Shown: positions 9,133-19,288 of the stretch, piece after piece
Layout of the letters: each line of letters begins with the position of its first letter
Numbering within the stretch: position 1 is the stretch's first letter
NCBI GenBank assembly: GCA_003056145.1
Contig: LSNL01000006.1
Span: 82,192-146,191, forward strand
Source of the DNA: Parcubacteria group bacterium M10-OD1-1
GTDB lineage: Bacteria > Patescibacteriota > Minisyncoccia > Moranbacterales > UBA2206
DNA: 64,000 bases
Reading direction: 5' to 3'
Notes under the pieces: model-generated
What the model saw: the letters and a program-made list of their open reading frames with translations, nothing else
The model's database searches: none
Told to the model about the DNA's origin: nothing
Made by a program: the position numbers and the translations under genes

Positions 9133-11406
9133 CTACTTTAAGACTGAGTAAATAATTTCTAATTTACCTTCTTTTCTGGCTATGTCAAAAACTTTTATCA
9201 ACCACTGTCCAACCGTGGTCCTCTCCGTGATTTTAGTTTTTTCTTTTAATTCTTGACTCGCAACTTTTTGGATTTTTTTAATTTTCTCAACTGCTTCCTT
9301 TATCCCTTTTTCACTAATTCCAGCTGAATCACGATTAAATTCAATGCCTTGAATAGTTTTTCCTTTAATTTTAACCCAAAGTTTTTTATCTCCATAACTA
9401 ATTTCTTTTAAGGTTTTAGCTAAATAAAGCTTAAAATCATATTCACTAGATTCTATTTTTTTAGGTTCATTTCTTTCAGCATTATTTTTTTTAGTTAGAG
9501 CTCCTTCATTCGTAATTGAAACTTCCTCCTCTTCGCTTTCACTAGTTTCACCTCTTGAATTCTCTTGTATTGGATTTCCTTGTGATTGCAATTGAGTTTT
9601 TTTTAAAATAGTAGGTATAAATTTGGAAACTTTTTTAAAACTAGTCTTAAAAAAACTTTTCAAATGTTCTATCAATTTAGATTCTGAATTTTCCAACTGC
9701 ATCTCATTTTTCACTTTTTCTTTTTTAAAATATTCGCTAACTACTAAATAGTCTTCTTCCTCTTCTAAAACTAAGTCTAGATCCCGTCCAGCTAACTCAG
9801 CTTCATTATCAGCATAAAATTCTCGACTTTCTGCTAAATAATGCTCCCGATATTTTTCCCATCTTTGTTCATAATCTTTATGCAAGCTATTAATCTCTTC
9901 TTGCACTTGTTTTAATTTAGGTTGTTTATTCCAACCAAAAAAATTAAATAATCTTTTATATTGTCCATCAAATTCAGTCTTAGCTTGAAGATATTTAACC
10001 CGAGATTCATCTAACTTATTTTCTAATTCTCTTATCTTTTCAGTTTTTTTATTTTCTTTTTCTAATTTTTCAGCTTCTCCACTTTCAAATATTTTAGCTC
10101 CTTCCATAAACCTTTTCCACTGTTTATCTTCCTCTTCTGTTTCTTCAACGATATTTTCGTCCAATTCAGAGATTTTTTCAGTTTTTCTAACGCGCCTTCT
10201 ATTTTCTGTAATTTGATCAAGAAAAAAATCTTTTCTACTTTTAGCTTGATCCTCTTCAATTTTTTTCTGACTTAAAATTTCATCTTGTTGATAGTTAGAA
10301 AATTCTTTTTCAAACTGAGCTAACGGTAGCTGTCTAGTATCTACTGGAGCGCCTCCATCTAACACATTAAATTCCACATAGAATTCACCTTTTTTATTTT
10401 TAATATAGTCCTCTATTTGAATACCTTCCTCTTTTAATGTTCCTCTCTCTCCTTTTTTTTCATAACTTCTTCCTTCTACTCCAAATTGTTGACGTAAATT
10501 ATATAGTTCATTTCTAGTAATTAAATTTTCTCTTTTAAATCGTTCGGGAAAATTTCCATATTTTAAAGGTTCATCCTCAATTATCCCTCCAGCAATAGTT
10601 TTCTTTTTTGAAATATTAGTAGAAGAATTTTCCTTGGTTCCTTGAACTGATGATTGTCTGTAGATCTTTACTAATTCATCAAATTCTTCCAAGGTAATTT
10701 GCCTAGATTTTCGTGATTGATTTGGCTTTCCATTTTTTGATGTTTCTGATTCCCCAAAAAAAACCCAGACTTTCCCTGTGTTAGGACTGTACTCTCTAGC
10801 ATACATCCATTTCCCTGAAGATAGATAAAGATTTTTCTGGAAAGATTTTTGATATTTATTTTTAAATTCTTGAAAGGATATTTTTGTTTGATTTTCTTGT
10901 CCTGAGTTCTCTTGTTTGATTTTCTTTTTTTCTAGTTTTTGGGATTTTATTTCCTCTTTTTGAGATTTTACTCCGTTTAATTTATTCAACTCTTCTTGAC
11001 AATTTTTCTTAACCACTTTTTTAAAACGAGCACTTTTTCTCATTCCTCTTATTTCATCAATATTCTCCATAATTATTTGCAATATTTTTCTTTTCAAATC
11101 ATCTCCATCTTTTTCATTATCAAAATCTCCGACTCGCTCTACTGTTCTCGCTATTGCTTCAATTTTTTCATCAATTTTATTTTGGACAGTCTCATTCTTC
11201 CCATCTTGAAAACATCTAGCTCTTAACACTTCTTTTTCAAAAGCTTCATTAAAGATACTATTAAAAATATCCGAAACATCTAAAATTTTTTCAATTTCCT
11301 TCTCTTTATTGTTGTTTTTTATTCCTGATTCCTCCACTGAAAAATTTTTTGTTTCATTCTTATCTTCTACTATTTCTTTCAGATTTATTTTTTCTATCTC
11401 ATTCAT
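9133..11406 (-). CDS. Large E/K-rich coiled-coil hypothetical protein
   Basis: 757-aa ORF, highly charged, no recognisable catalytic motif. Confidence 0.75.
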   Translation of the reverse strand: MNEIEKINLKEIVEDKNETKNFSVEESGIKNNNKEKEIEKILDVSDIFNSIFNEAFEKEVLRARCFQDGKNETVQNKIDEKIEAIARTVERVGDFDNEKDGDDLKRKILQIIMENIDEIRGMRKSARFKKVVKKNCQEELNKLNGVKSQKEEIKSQKLEKKKIKQENSGQENQTKISFQEFKNKYQKSFQKNLYLSSGKWMYAREYSPNTGKVWVFFGESETSKNGKPNQSRKSRQITLEEFDELVKIYRQSSVQGTKENSSTNISKKKTIAGGIIEDEPLKYGNFPERFKRENLITRNELYNLRQQFGVEGRSYEKKGERGTLKEEGIQIEDYIKNKKGEFYVEFNVLDGGAPVDTRQLPLAQFEKEFSNYQQDEILSQKKIEEDQAKSRKDFFLDQITENRRRVRKTEKISELDENIVEETEEEDKQWKRFMEGAKIFESGEAEKLEKENKKTEKIRELENKLDESRVKYLQAKTEFDGQYKRLFNFFGWNKQPKLKQVQEEINSLHKDYEQRWEKYREHYLAESREFYADNEAELAGRDLDLVLEEEEDYLVVSEYFKKEKVKNEMQLENSESKLIEHLKSFFKTSFKKVSKFIPTILKKTQLQSQGNPIQENSRGETSESEEEEVSITNEGALTKKNNAERNEPKKIESSEYDFKLYLAKTLKEISYGDKKLWVKIKGKTIQGIEFNRDSAGISEKGIKEAVEKIKKIQKVASQELKEKTKITERTTVGQWLIKVFDIARKEGKLEIIYSVLK

Positions 11407-11517
11407 TTAATTTCTGCTTGTTGAAAAATTAAAATTTTACTCTTATATTATATCATAAAATTACATCTCTAACAAAATTATGATATAATAAATTCAATAA
11501 TTAGTCTTTTATCAAAT

Positions 11518-13095
11518 ATGAATTTTATGGCAATGACAAAATTTAAAACCTATTTTCTTTTAATTAGCATTATCATTTTAGGATTATTTTTAAGAGTTTA
11601 CAACATCAATAATACACCCCCTGGAATATACCCAGACGAGGCAGTTAATGGAATGAGCGCCCTCACCGCTGAAACTACTGGGCATTATAAATGGTTCTAC
11701 TCCGATAATAATGGACGCGAGGGATTATTTATTAATCTTATTGCCTTTAGTTTTAAATTTTTTGGAGTTTCTATCTTGACTCTAAAGTTAACTTCTATTA
11801 TTTTTGGTACTTTAGCTATCTGGGGAATCTATTTGTTAGGCAAAGAGCTTTTTAAAAGTGAACAAATAGGACTTTTAAGTGCTTTTTTGATGTCAGTTTC
11901 TTTTTGGAGCCTTAATTTTTCACGCATTGCTTTTCGTGCTATTATGATTCCTGCTATTTTAGCTTTTTCCTTTTATTTTCTTTTTCGAGGAGTACGAACT
12001 AAAAAATGGGCTCATTTTGCTATTGGAGGATTTATTTTTGGCCTAGGTTTACATACTTATATTGCTTTTAGAGTTACTCCTTTGATTTTGATAATTATGC
12101 TACTTGTCTTAATTTTAAGTAAGAAAAATTTTCTTAAAGAATACTGGAGTTCTATTGTAATTTTTTTAATTTTTTCCGCCCTCAGCGCTAGCCCAATGCT
12201 TTACACTTTTTTCATCGCTCACCCCGAAGATTGGGCTTCCCGCACTTCAGGAATATCTATTTTAAATCCAGCTGTTAATCATGGACATTTTTTTACTACT
12301 TTCGCTAAAACATTTAGTTTGAGTTTAGCCAAATATAACTTTTGGGGTGACCAGAACTGGCGACAAAATTTTCCACCCTATGGAATACTAAGCCCTATTA
12401 CAGGGATTGCTTTTCTTTTTGGAATTATTTATTCCTTCATTAAATTTTTTCACTTATTAACACTGAGAATTATTAAACGAGAGCGTCATTCTCAGCTAGA
12501 AGTTTATACTTTTTTACTAGCTACTTTTTTTATAATGCTAATTCCAGAATTTTTAGCAAATGAAGGTAATCCTCACGCACTCAGATCTATTGGCACACTT
12601 CCAGTAGTTTTTATTTTTTCTGCAGTAACTTTTAATTTTCTTTTTCAAAGAATTAAAAGACACCCATCGTTATTTTTTAAAAAAATGGCTACCGCTTTGA
12701 TAGTTATCACTTTAATCTTTATCGGTCTTTTTAATACTATTAAATATCATTTCGTTTGGACAAAAAAAATTGAAACTGCCCGAGCTTTTGATAAAAACTT
12801 ATTAGAAACTGCCAGTTTTTTAAAAAATCTTCCTCCTTCTCAAGAAAAATTTATTGTTACTGGAAGTATGGGACGCATTCCAATTAAACTTTTAGACCAT
12901 CAATTAAAAAATGTTTTCTACATTTATCCCAGCCAACTTCAATTTATTCAGCCTAAAAATAATCGTGATTTTATTATTATAATGACCGACAAAAAAGATA
13001 GGGTTATTAAAATTCTTCGTCAAAGATTTCCTCAATTAAAGTTTAAAGAAAAAAAAGATCGACAAGGCTTAAGTTTCTACATATTAATTAAATAA
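11518..13095 (+). CDS. GT-C fold glycosyltransferase (GT39/ArnT/PMT-like)
   Basis: Multi-TM protein with PPGIYPDEA in the first external loop and FSRIAFR. Confidence 0.85.
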   Translation: MNFMAMTKFKTYFLLISIIILGLFLRVYNINNTPPGIYPDEAVNGMSALTAETTGHYKWFYSDNNGREGLFINLIAFSFKFFGVSILTLKLTSIIFGTLAIWGIYLLGKELFKSEQIGLLSAFLMSVSFWSLNFSRIAFRAIMIPAILAFSFYFLFRGVRTKKWAHFAIGGFIFGLGLHTYIAFRVTPLILIIMLLVLILSKKNFLKEYWSSIVIFLIFSALSASPMLYTFFIAHPEDWASRTSGISILNPAVNHGHFFTTFAKTFSLSLAKYNFWGDQNWRQNFPPYGILSPITGIAFLFGIIYSFIKFFHLLTLRIIKRERHSQLEVYTFLLATFFIMLIPEFLANEGNPHALRSIGTLPVVFIFSAVTFNFLFQRIKRHPSLFFKKMATALIVITLIFIGLFNTIKYHFVWTKKIETARAFDKNLLETASFLKNLPPSQEKFIVTGSMGRIPIKLLDHQLKNVFYIYPSQLQFIQPKNNRDFIIIMTDKKDRVIKILRQRFPQLKFKEKKDRQGLSFYILIK

Positions 13096-13107
13096 AAATA
13101 AAACAAA

Positions 13108-14988
13108 ATGAAAGCATTTATTGAGAAACATTATAGAAAATTTATTTTTCTAATTCTTCTTTTTATCTTTTCTGTTTCTATTCTAAACGCCAATAATGAC
13201 AGTGCTATCTTTGACGAAACCGCTCATATTCCTGCTGGCTATTCTTATGTAACTCAACATGATATGCGTCTTAACCCTGAACATCCACCTCTTTTAAAAG
13301 ATATGGCTGGACTAATGATTTTACCTCTCCATCCTAAATTTGATATTACAAAGAATTTTTGGACAACCAAAATCAATGGTCAATGGGCTGCTGGACACGA
13401 TTTACTTTGGCAAGAAGGCAATAATGCTGACCAAATAATTTTTTGGGCTCGCGTTCCTTTTGTTTTACTTTCTCTGATTTTTGGATTATTCATTTTTAAA
13501 TGGGTCAAAGAAACTGCGGGACTTTATGCTGGATTGTTTGCTTTAATCCTTTTTGCTTTTGATCCTAATATTTTAGGGCATAATCATTTTGTAGCTACTG
13601 ATATTGGAATTGCTACTTTTATGACTTTTTCTTTTTATTATTTTCTCCGCTTTATTAAATATCCTACTTGGAAAAATGTTTTAATTGGAGGATTTTTTCT
13701 AGGATTAGTTCAACTCGCCAAATTTTCCGCTATTACTCTCTTTCCAATTTATGGATTAGTCATTCTAATTTATCCTCTATCCTTACTCAATAAAAATAAA
13801 GTTTCTTTTTTTAAGCTTAAAAAATTGGGAGAATATTTCGGAAAAGGAGTTCTGGCTTTTGTTATTTCTTTAATTGTTGTTTGGGGACTTTATTTTGCAA
13901 ATATGTATAAAATGCCTCAAGAAAAACTGAGTCAAACTATTGAAACCTATTTCCCTCACAATGATTCCTCGGTTAGCGCAAGAACGGTTAATAAAATTGC
14001 CAACGATTTAGATAGGACTACTCTAACTCGCCCTCTTTCAGAATACTTTCTAGGAGTTGCTATGGTTTTCAAGCGTGTTGATGGAGGCAATGGAGCTTAC
14101 TTTATGGGTCAAGTTTCATCTAAGGCTTTTCCTCTCTATTTCCCAACTGTCTTTTTAATTAAAGAACAGTTATCCTTTCTTTTACTAATTTTATTAGCTC
14201 TGGGAATTTCTTTTTCGCAAAACATTAAGACTGCGCTCCAGTCCGTAGCTTCTAAAAAATCCCGTTCCAATTTAGCTCAGTTTATCCGACATAACATCAC
14301 CAATCTTTCTCTTTTTTCTTTCATTGTTCTTTACGCTACTATTAGTATTAAAGGTAATTTAAATATCGGTTTTCGTCATCTTTTCCCCATTCTCCCTTTC
14401 ACTTATATCTTAGTAGCTAGAATACTTTTTACTTTCATCAAAAAACTTAGCCAGTATAATCGCACTATCTGGTATTCTATTATAGCCACTTTAACTTTTC
14501 TTTTGATGGCTGGAACAGTTTCAGCTTATCCTTACTATATGTCTTATTTTAATCAATTAGTAGGTGGGTCAAAAAATGGATATCATTATGTTACTGATTC
14601 CAACGCTGATTGGGGACAAGATTTAAAAAGACTTAAGATTTGGGTTCATCGTTATAATTGGTGTGAAGGAAATGGATTAGATTCTTTTTGTAAAATTTAC
14701 AATGAGAAGAGAGGCCCTATTAAAAAAATTCACATTGACTACTTCGGAGGAGCTAATATTCACTATTATTTCAAAAATAAAGCTATTGATTGGTGGGATT
14801 CTAAACGACCAATTGAACCTGGCTGGTATGCTATTTCAACTAATTTTTTACAAGGAAGTATCTATGATAAAACTAAGCCTGATAATCAATCTTATCGTTG
14901 GATAGAAAAAATAAGACCTGTCGCTCAAGTCGGAACATCAATTTTCGTCTATTATGTAACACCAGCAGAAGCAATAAAAGCAGACTAG
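13108..14988 (+). CDS. GT-C fold glycosyltransferase (GT39/PMT-like)
   Basis: FDETAHIPAGYSY...NPEHPPLLK, DSNADWGQDL, multi-TM. Confidence 0.85.
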   Translation: MKAFIEKHYRKFIFLILLFIFSVSILNANNDSAIFDETAHIPAGYSYVTQHDMRLNPEHPPLLKDMAGLMILPLHPKFDITKNFWTTKINGQWAAGHDLLWQEGNNADQIIFWARVPFVLLSLIFGLFIFKWVKETAGLYAGLFALILFAFDPNILGHNHFVATDIGIATFMTFSFYYFLRFIKYPTWKNVLIGGFFLGLVQLAKFSAITLFPIYGLVILIYPLSLLNKNKVSFFKLKKLGEYFGKGVLAFVISLIVVWGLYFANMYKMPQEKLSQTIETYFPHNDSSVSARTVNKIANDLDRTTLTRPLSEYFLGVAMVFKRVDGGNGAYFMGQVSSKAFPLYFPTVFLIKEQLSFLLLILLALGISFSQNIKTALQSVASKKSRSNLAQFIRHNITNLSLFSFIVLYATISIKGNLNIGFRHLFPILPFTYILVARILFTFIKKLSQYNRTIWYSIIATLTFLLMAGTVSAYPYYMSYFNQLVGGSKNGYHYVTDSNADWGQDLKRLKIWVHRYNWCEGNGLDSFCKIYNEKRGPIKKIHIDYFGGANIHYYFKNKAIDWWDSKRPIEPGWYAISTNFLQGSIYDKTKPDNQSYRWIEKIRPVAQVGTSIFVYYVTPAEAIKAD

Positions 14989-15017
14989 TTGAGCTCTCCA
15001 TTATAAACTAATTTTAC

Positions 15018-15048
15018 AAAAAACAACCGTATTACACGGTTGTTTTTT
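15018..15048. terminator. Bidirectional intrinsic terminator
   Basis: aaaaaacaaccgt-attac-acggttgtttttt between convergent genes. Confidence 0.85.
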
Positions 15049-15182
15049 AAAATAAATATAACCAATAACTACTATCAATAATGAGAATTTTATTCATTAA
15101 ATCTTTTAGTGCACACTCTTTCTAGAGTCAATAGCTATTTCTCTTTATTTTTTGTTTTAGAAATAATTGAAGTAAAAGTAAC

Positions 15183-16061
15183 TCAATTGATATTTTTAAT
15201 AGCTTCTTCTGCAACTTTTTGTCTAGTAATTTCTTCTGATATTTCATCGCGAAATTTGTAAAAAACTTTGTTATTAATTCTTAAATCAATATAATCCAAC
15301 TCTTTTCTTTGTTGCTCAGGAATTTTATTATTCAGAATCAATTTCAACATTTCTATTTCTTTTGTTAAGTTAATTTCTCTATTAAAATAAATTTTCCAAC
15401 CTACTTGAGTTTCTACTCGAATATCACCAGAAACTAAACTAAAAGTTTTAATTGGATAACTAATTTTAATCCCTAATTTTTCTAATAATTCATTTTTTAT
15501 TCCTAAAATATAACCTAAATACTCTTTTGTTAATACATATTCCCCTAATTTATTATTTTGATTACTCTGATCTAATAAAATCGGCAAACGATTATTTTTA
15601 GCCTGAAGTGATTGATTAAAATTAGCATAAGCCTGTCCTTTTTCATCTAGAAAATAGCACCTATTGTCACTACAGATTATTAAAGTTGGTTTTCTTTCAT
15701 CAATTTTTATTTCTAGCTCAGTTGGAAAAATTTTAATCACTTGAACATGTCTAATTTGTTGAAAATTAGTCAATAGACAATCAATGACTTCCTGCTTTTT
15801 AATCAGTAACAAATTATTTTTTTTGAAAATACCCATTTGTTTGCCATCTAAAATAGTTTGAACTTTTTCTAAAATAACTGACTTTTTTAAATCTTGATTA
15901 CCCTGGATATTAATTGTTTTAATCATTAACAACTGAGAAAAAAATAGCACATACAAAATAAGGCTGAGAAAAATAAAAGTTGCCAAAACAAAAATTATCT
16001 TAAAAAAAAGTTTTTTCCGTGATTTAACTATTTTTTTAGATCTAATTTTTTGGCGATTCAT
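15183..16061 (-). CDS. ftsQ: FtsQ/DivIB-like POTRA-domain cell division protein
   Basis: Basic N-terminus, single TM, IKTINIQGN...FPTELEIKIDER, C-terminal YIDLR. Confidence 0.75.
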   Translation of the reverse strand: MNRQKIRSKKIVKSRKKLFFKIIFVLATFIFLSLILYVLFFSQLLMIKTINIQGNQDLKKSVILEKVQTILDGKQMGIFKKNNLLLIKKQEVIDCLLTNFQQIRHVQVIKIFPTELEIKIDERKPTLIICSDNRCYFLDEKGQAYANFNQSLQAKNNRLPILLDQSNQNNKLGEYVLTKEYLGYILGIKNELLEKLGIKISYPIKTFSLVSGDIRVETQVGWKIYFNREINLTKEIEMLKLILNNKIPEQQRKELDYIDLRINNKVFYKFRDEISEEITRQKVAEEAIKNIN

Positions 16062-16071
16062 AAAAGCATTA

Positions 16072-16950
16072 TCAAAAATCCAATAATAAGTTTTCTAAAA
16101 TTAATTTAACATTAGCATTGGTTTCCTTAATAGTTTTAAGGCTTTTTTCAATTTTCTGAATTAAGAAAAAAATCTTTTTCAGACTAGCTATAGATAAATT
16201 ATTTTTTTCTTTCAGTTTATTTCTTAAAATAATCACCCAAATATTTAATTTATCTATTAATTGGGCTGGCTGTTTACTTAATCTTTCTGCTAAAGAAAAC
16301 TTTCTACTGACTGTTGCTCCAAATAATTGTTCTAGCTCTTCTTTGGCTTCTTGATAAAAAATAATGGCTTCTGGGCTATGAAGTAAATTCATTACTACTC
16401 CTGGACGACCAAATGACCAGAATAAAAATTCTTTTTTATTTTTTCCTAAATTAACTTTACTAGCTATTTCTTCTTGGCTAACTAAACTAAATTTTTTAAT
16501 TAAACATCGTGATTTCAAAGTTACCAAAATTCTTTCAAGATTATGGACAATTAAAATTATAAGGCTTTCTCCGATTGGCTCTTCTAACATTTTCAAAAGA
16601 GCATTTTGAGAAGCACTATTCATTTTATCAGCTTCATCAATTATAGCTACCCTTCTCAAACTGCCAGCATAGGGTGATAGACTAAGACTATGCTGCAACT
16701 CTCTTATTTGTTCTATCTTAATAGACTTCTTTTTAATTATTCCTTTTTTTTCTTCTTCAGGAGGACTAATTAAACTAATATTGGGATTAATTACGGCTGA
16801 AGATTGAGTAATTTGTTGAGCAAAAAATTTAGCCACTGTAAACTTTCCCAAGTGTTCTGGGCCGGTAAAAATATAAGCATTAGCCAAATTTTTTTTGACC
16901 ATACTTTTATTCAGAAACTCAATTATTTTTTGATGTCCAATTATTTCCAT
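16072..16950 (-). CDS. holB: DNA polymerase III delta-prime subunit
   Basis: IIGHQ, AYIFTGPEHLGK, IIDEADKMN...NALLKMLEEP, TLKSRC. Confidence 0.9.
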   Translation of the reverse strand: MEIIGHQKIIEFLNKSMVKKNLANAYIFTGPEHLGKFTVAKFFAQQITQSSAVINPNISLISPPEEEKKGIIKKKSIKIEQIRELQHSLSLSPYAGSLRRVAIIDEADKMNSASQNALLKMLEEPIGESLIILIVHNLERILVTLKSRCLIKKFSLVSQEEIASKVNLGKNKKEFLFWSFGRPGVVMNLLHSPEAIIFYQEAKEELEQLFGATVSRKFSLAERLSKQPAQLIDKLNIWVIILRNKLKEKNNLSIASLKKIFFLIQKIEKSLKTIKETNANVKLILENLLLDF

Positions 16951-17001
16951 TATTTTATTCTTTTAAATTTTCTAAATTTAAACTCTTTTAACTTCTAATA
17001 A

Positions 17002-18141
17002 TTAATCAAGAATTTTATTAAGATACTCTTGAAATTCTTTTTTAAATCTCCTTTTTGTAAACCTTTTAGCTTGCTCTTTTATATATTCGTGATCATAGCC
17101 TTTTTCTTTTTCGCAAAATCTTCTTATTCCATCTGCCATTACTTCTGAAGTTGAAGCTTCAAAAAATTCTCCTGTCTTTCCTTCTTCTATTAGCTCTATC
17201 GCTCCGCCTTCCTTTAAGGCAATAACTGGAACTCCATATTGCATAGCTTCTACAGGAGCCATTCCAAAATCATCTACGCCTGAAAAAATAAACGCTCTTG
17301 CTTTACTATATAAGGCTGGCAATTGACTATCTGGTTGCCAACCTAAAAATTTAATTGTCGTTCCTGCTATTTTTTCTAAAACTTTTTTTTCTTTACCCTC
17401 TCCAACAATAACTAAAGGAAGCTCTAACTTATTAAAAACCTCAACAGCTTCTTTAATTTTTTTATAACTTGATAAACGCGAAACAATGAGAAAATATCTT
17501 TTTTCTCCTTTCATTCCTTCTAATATTTGACTAGTTTCTAATTCCTTTTTTAATTCTACTGGTGGATAAATAACCTCCGCTGAGCGTCTATAATACTTTT
17601 CAATTCTTTTTTGAGTATATTGTGAATTAGCAATCAAATAATCTGGTCTATCTGAAGCTATCTTATCCCAAAGACGCAAATAACTTAGAATAGGACGCAA
17701 GAAAAAGCCCAACCCTTCCTTTCTTTCATCTCTTAGATATCTTTCATTATAATCCCAAACAAAACGCATTGGAGAATGAATATAGGCAATATGAATAGTA
17801 TTTAATCTAGTGATAATACCTTTAGACCAAGCACCTGATGAAGAAATAACTAAATCAAAATCGCGTAAATCAAAAGTTTCTGGAGCCACTGGTAAGAAGG
17901 GTAAACAATATTTTAATCTCTTTCTTAGAAATTTTGGTAAGTTTTGAAAAAAAGAAGTATGGATTTCTTTATCTTTAAATTTATGATGCAAATTTTCTGA
18001 TTCATAAATAATAGTATAAATTGGAGCTTGAGGGAATAATTCTATTAGAGTCTCTAAAACTCGTTCCGCTCCTCCATATTGATTTAAAAAATCATGGACT
18101 ATTGCTATTTTCGCTTTTTTAAAATTTTTGATACTTTCCAT
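17002..18141 (-). CDS. GT4 family glycosyltransferase
   Basis: HDFLNQYGGAERV and DDFGMAPVEA motifs. Confidence 0.9.
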   Translation of the reverse strand: MESIKNFKKAKIAIVHDFLNQYGGAERVLETLIELFPQAPIYTIIYESENLHHKFKDKEIHTSFFQNLPKFLRKRLKYCLPFLPVAPETFDLRDFDLVISSSGAWSKGIITRLNTIHIAYIHSPMRFVWDYNERYLRDERKEGLGFFLRPILSYLRLWDKIASDRPDYLIANSQYTQKRIEKYYRRSAEVIYPPVELKKELETSQILEGMKGEKRYFLIVSRLSSYKKIKEAVEVFNKLELPLVIVGEGKEKKVLEKIAGTTIKFLGWQPDSQLPALYSKARAFIFSGVDDFGMAPVEAMQYGVPVIALKEGGAIELIEEGKTGEFFEASTSEVMADGIRRFCEKEKGYDHEYIKEQAKRFTKRRFKKEFQEYLNKILD

Positions 18142-18194
18142 TTTTTAGTTCTAATTAAAAATTTTGAATTAATAGTTTATCAGTCAAAAATTAT

Positions 18195-19274
18195 TTACTG
18201 CTTCATAATTAATTTAGCTATTACTAAACTACTTTTACCCCAACTAAACCTTTTAACATTCTCTAATCCTTTTCTAATTAGCTCTTCTTTTTTATTTGGA
18301 TTTATTAGAAGAAAATGGATAGCTTGAGCAATAGTCATTGGTTTATAAGGATCCACTAGAAGAGCACTAGCCTGAGAAATCTCAGGCATTGAAGATATAT
18401 TAGAAGTTACTACAGGGACTTTTAAACTTTGAGCTTCTAAAATTGGTAAACCAAAACCTTCATAAAAAGTAGGGAATAAAAAAATTTCAGCTTGACTGAT
18501 TAAATTAGCTTTTTCTTTTTCAGCGATAAAACCAGTTAGAATAATATCTTTTTGATAAGAGCTTTCTTCTATTTGAGATTTAATTTCTTCGTATCCTACC
18601 CCAGAACCACCCGCTAAAACTAGCCGATGTGAAAGTTTGTATTGTTTCTTTAAATAATTAAAAGCTCTTATTAAACCTTGAATATTTTTTCTTTTTTCGA
18701 TTCTACCAATAAATAAAAAGAAGGGTTTCCATTTTTGAAAATTGTTTTGATTATTGGAAAGTGAGAAATTATTATTTACTCCTTCATAAATAACTTCAAT
18801 TTTTGATTCTGGAATATTATATAATTTTATCAAATCTTTTTTAGTATTTTGAGAAACAGCAATAATTTTTTTTGCCCACTGGCAAGATTTCTTAATTGAA
18901 AGACGCATATATAAACGCTCCCACAATCGATAAGCTTCTGGTATGATTTCATATTCTAAACCATGAATTACTACTATTGATTTTTTTGGATGAATAAAAG
19001 GCAAAGTATGAGCTGGTACAAAAAGAATTTCTACTTTTTGAAAAATCATTATTAAAGATAAACCTATTTGAGTCCAAAAAATGGGAAACTTTATTTTTTT
19101 AATTTGCCAATTTTTAGGTAATGAAAAATCTATTTTTTGATTTTTTCTTAAATATAAAATGATTTGATGTTGAAATAATTTTCCTCTTAAATTTTTTATT
19201 ATTTGATAAGAATACTCTTCAATACCTGTTCTTTGTTTTAAAAAAGCCCGTGATCCATCAATTCCAATTTTCAT
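18195..19274 (-). CDS. GT4 family glycosyltransferase (mannosyltransferase-like)
   Basis: RTGIEEY, GRIEKRKN and YEGFGLPILEA motifs. Confidence 0.9.
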   Translation of the reverse strand: MKIGIDGSRAFLKQRTGIEEYSYQIIKNLRGKLFQHQIILYLRKNQKIDFSLPKNWQIKKIKFPIFWTQIGLSLIMIFQKVEILFVPAHTLPFIHPKKSIVVIHGLEYEIIPEAYRLWERLYMRLSIKKSCQWAKKIIAVSQNTKKDLIKLYNIPESKIEVIYEGVNNNFSLSNNQNNFQKWKPFFLFIGRIEKRKNIQGLIRAFNYLKKQYKLSHRLVLAGGSGVGYEEIKSQIEESSYQKDIILTGFIAEKEKANLISQAEIFLFPTFYEGFGLPILEAQSLKVPVVTSNISSMPEISQASALLVDPYKPMTIAQAIHFLLINPNKKEELIRKGLENVKRFSWGKSSLVIAKLIMKQ

Positions 19275-19288
19275 TAGCTATTTTTTAT

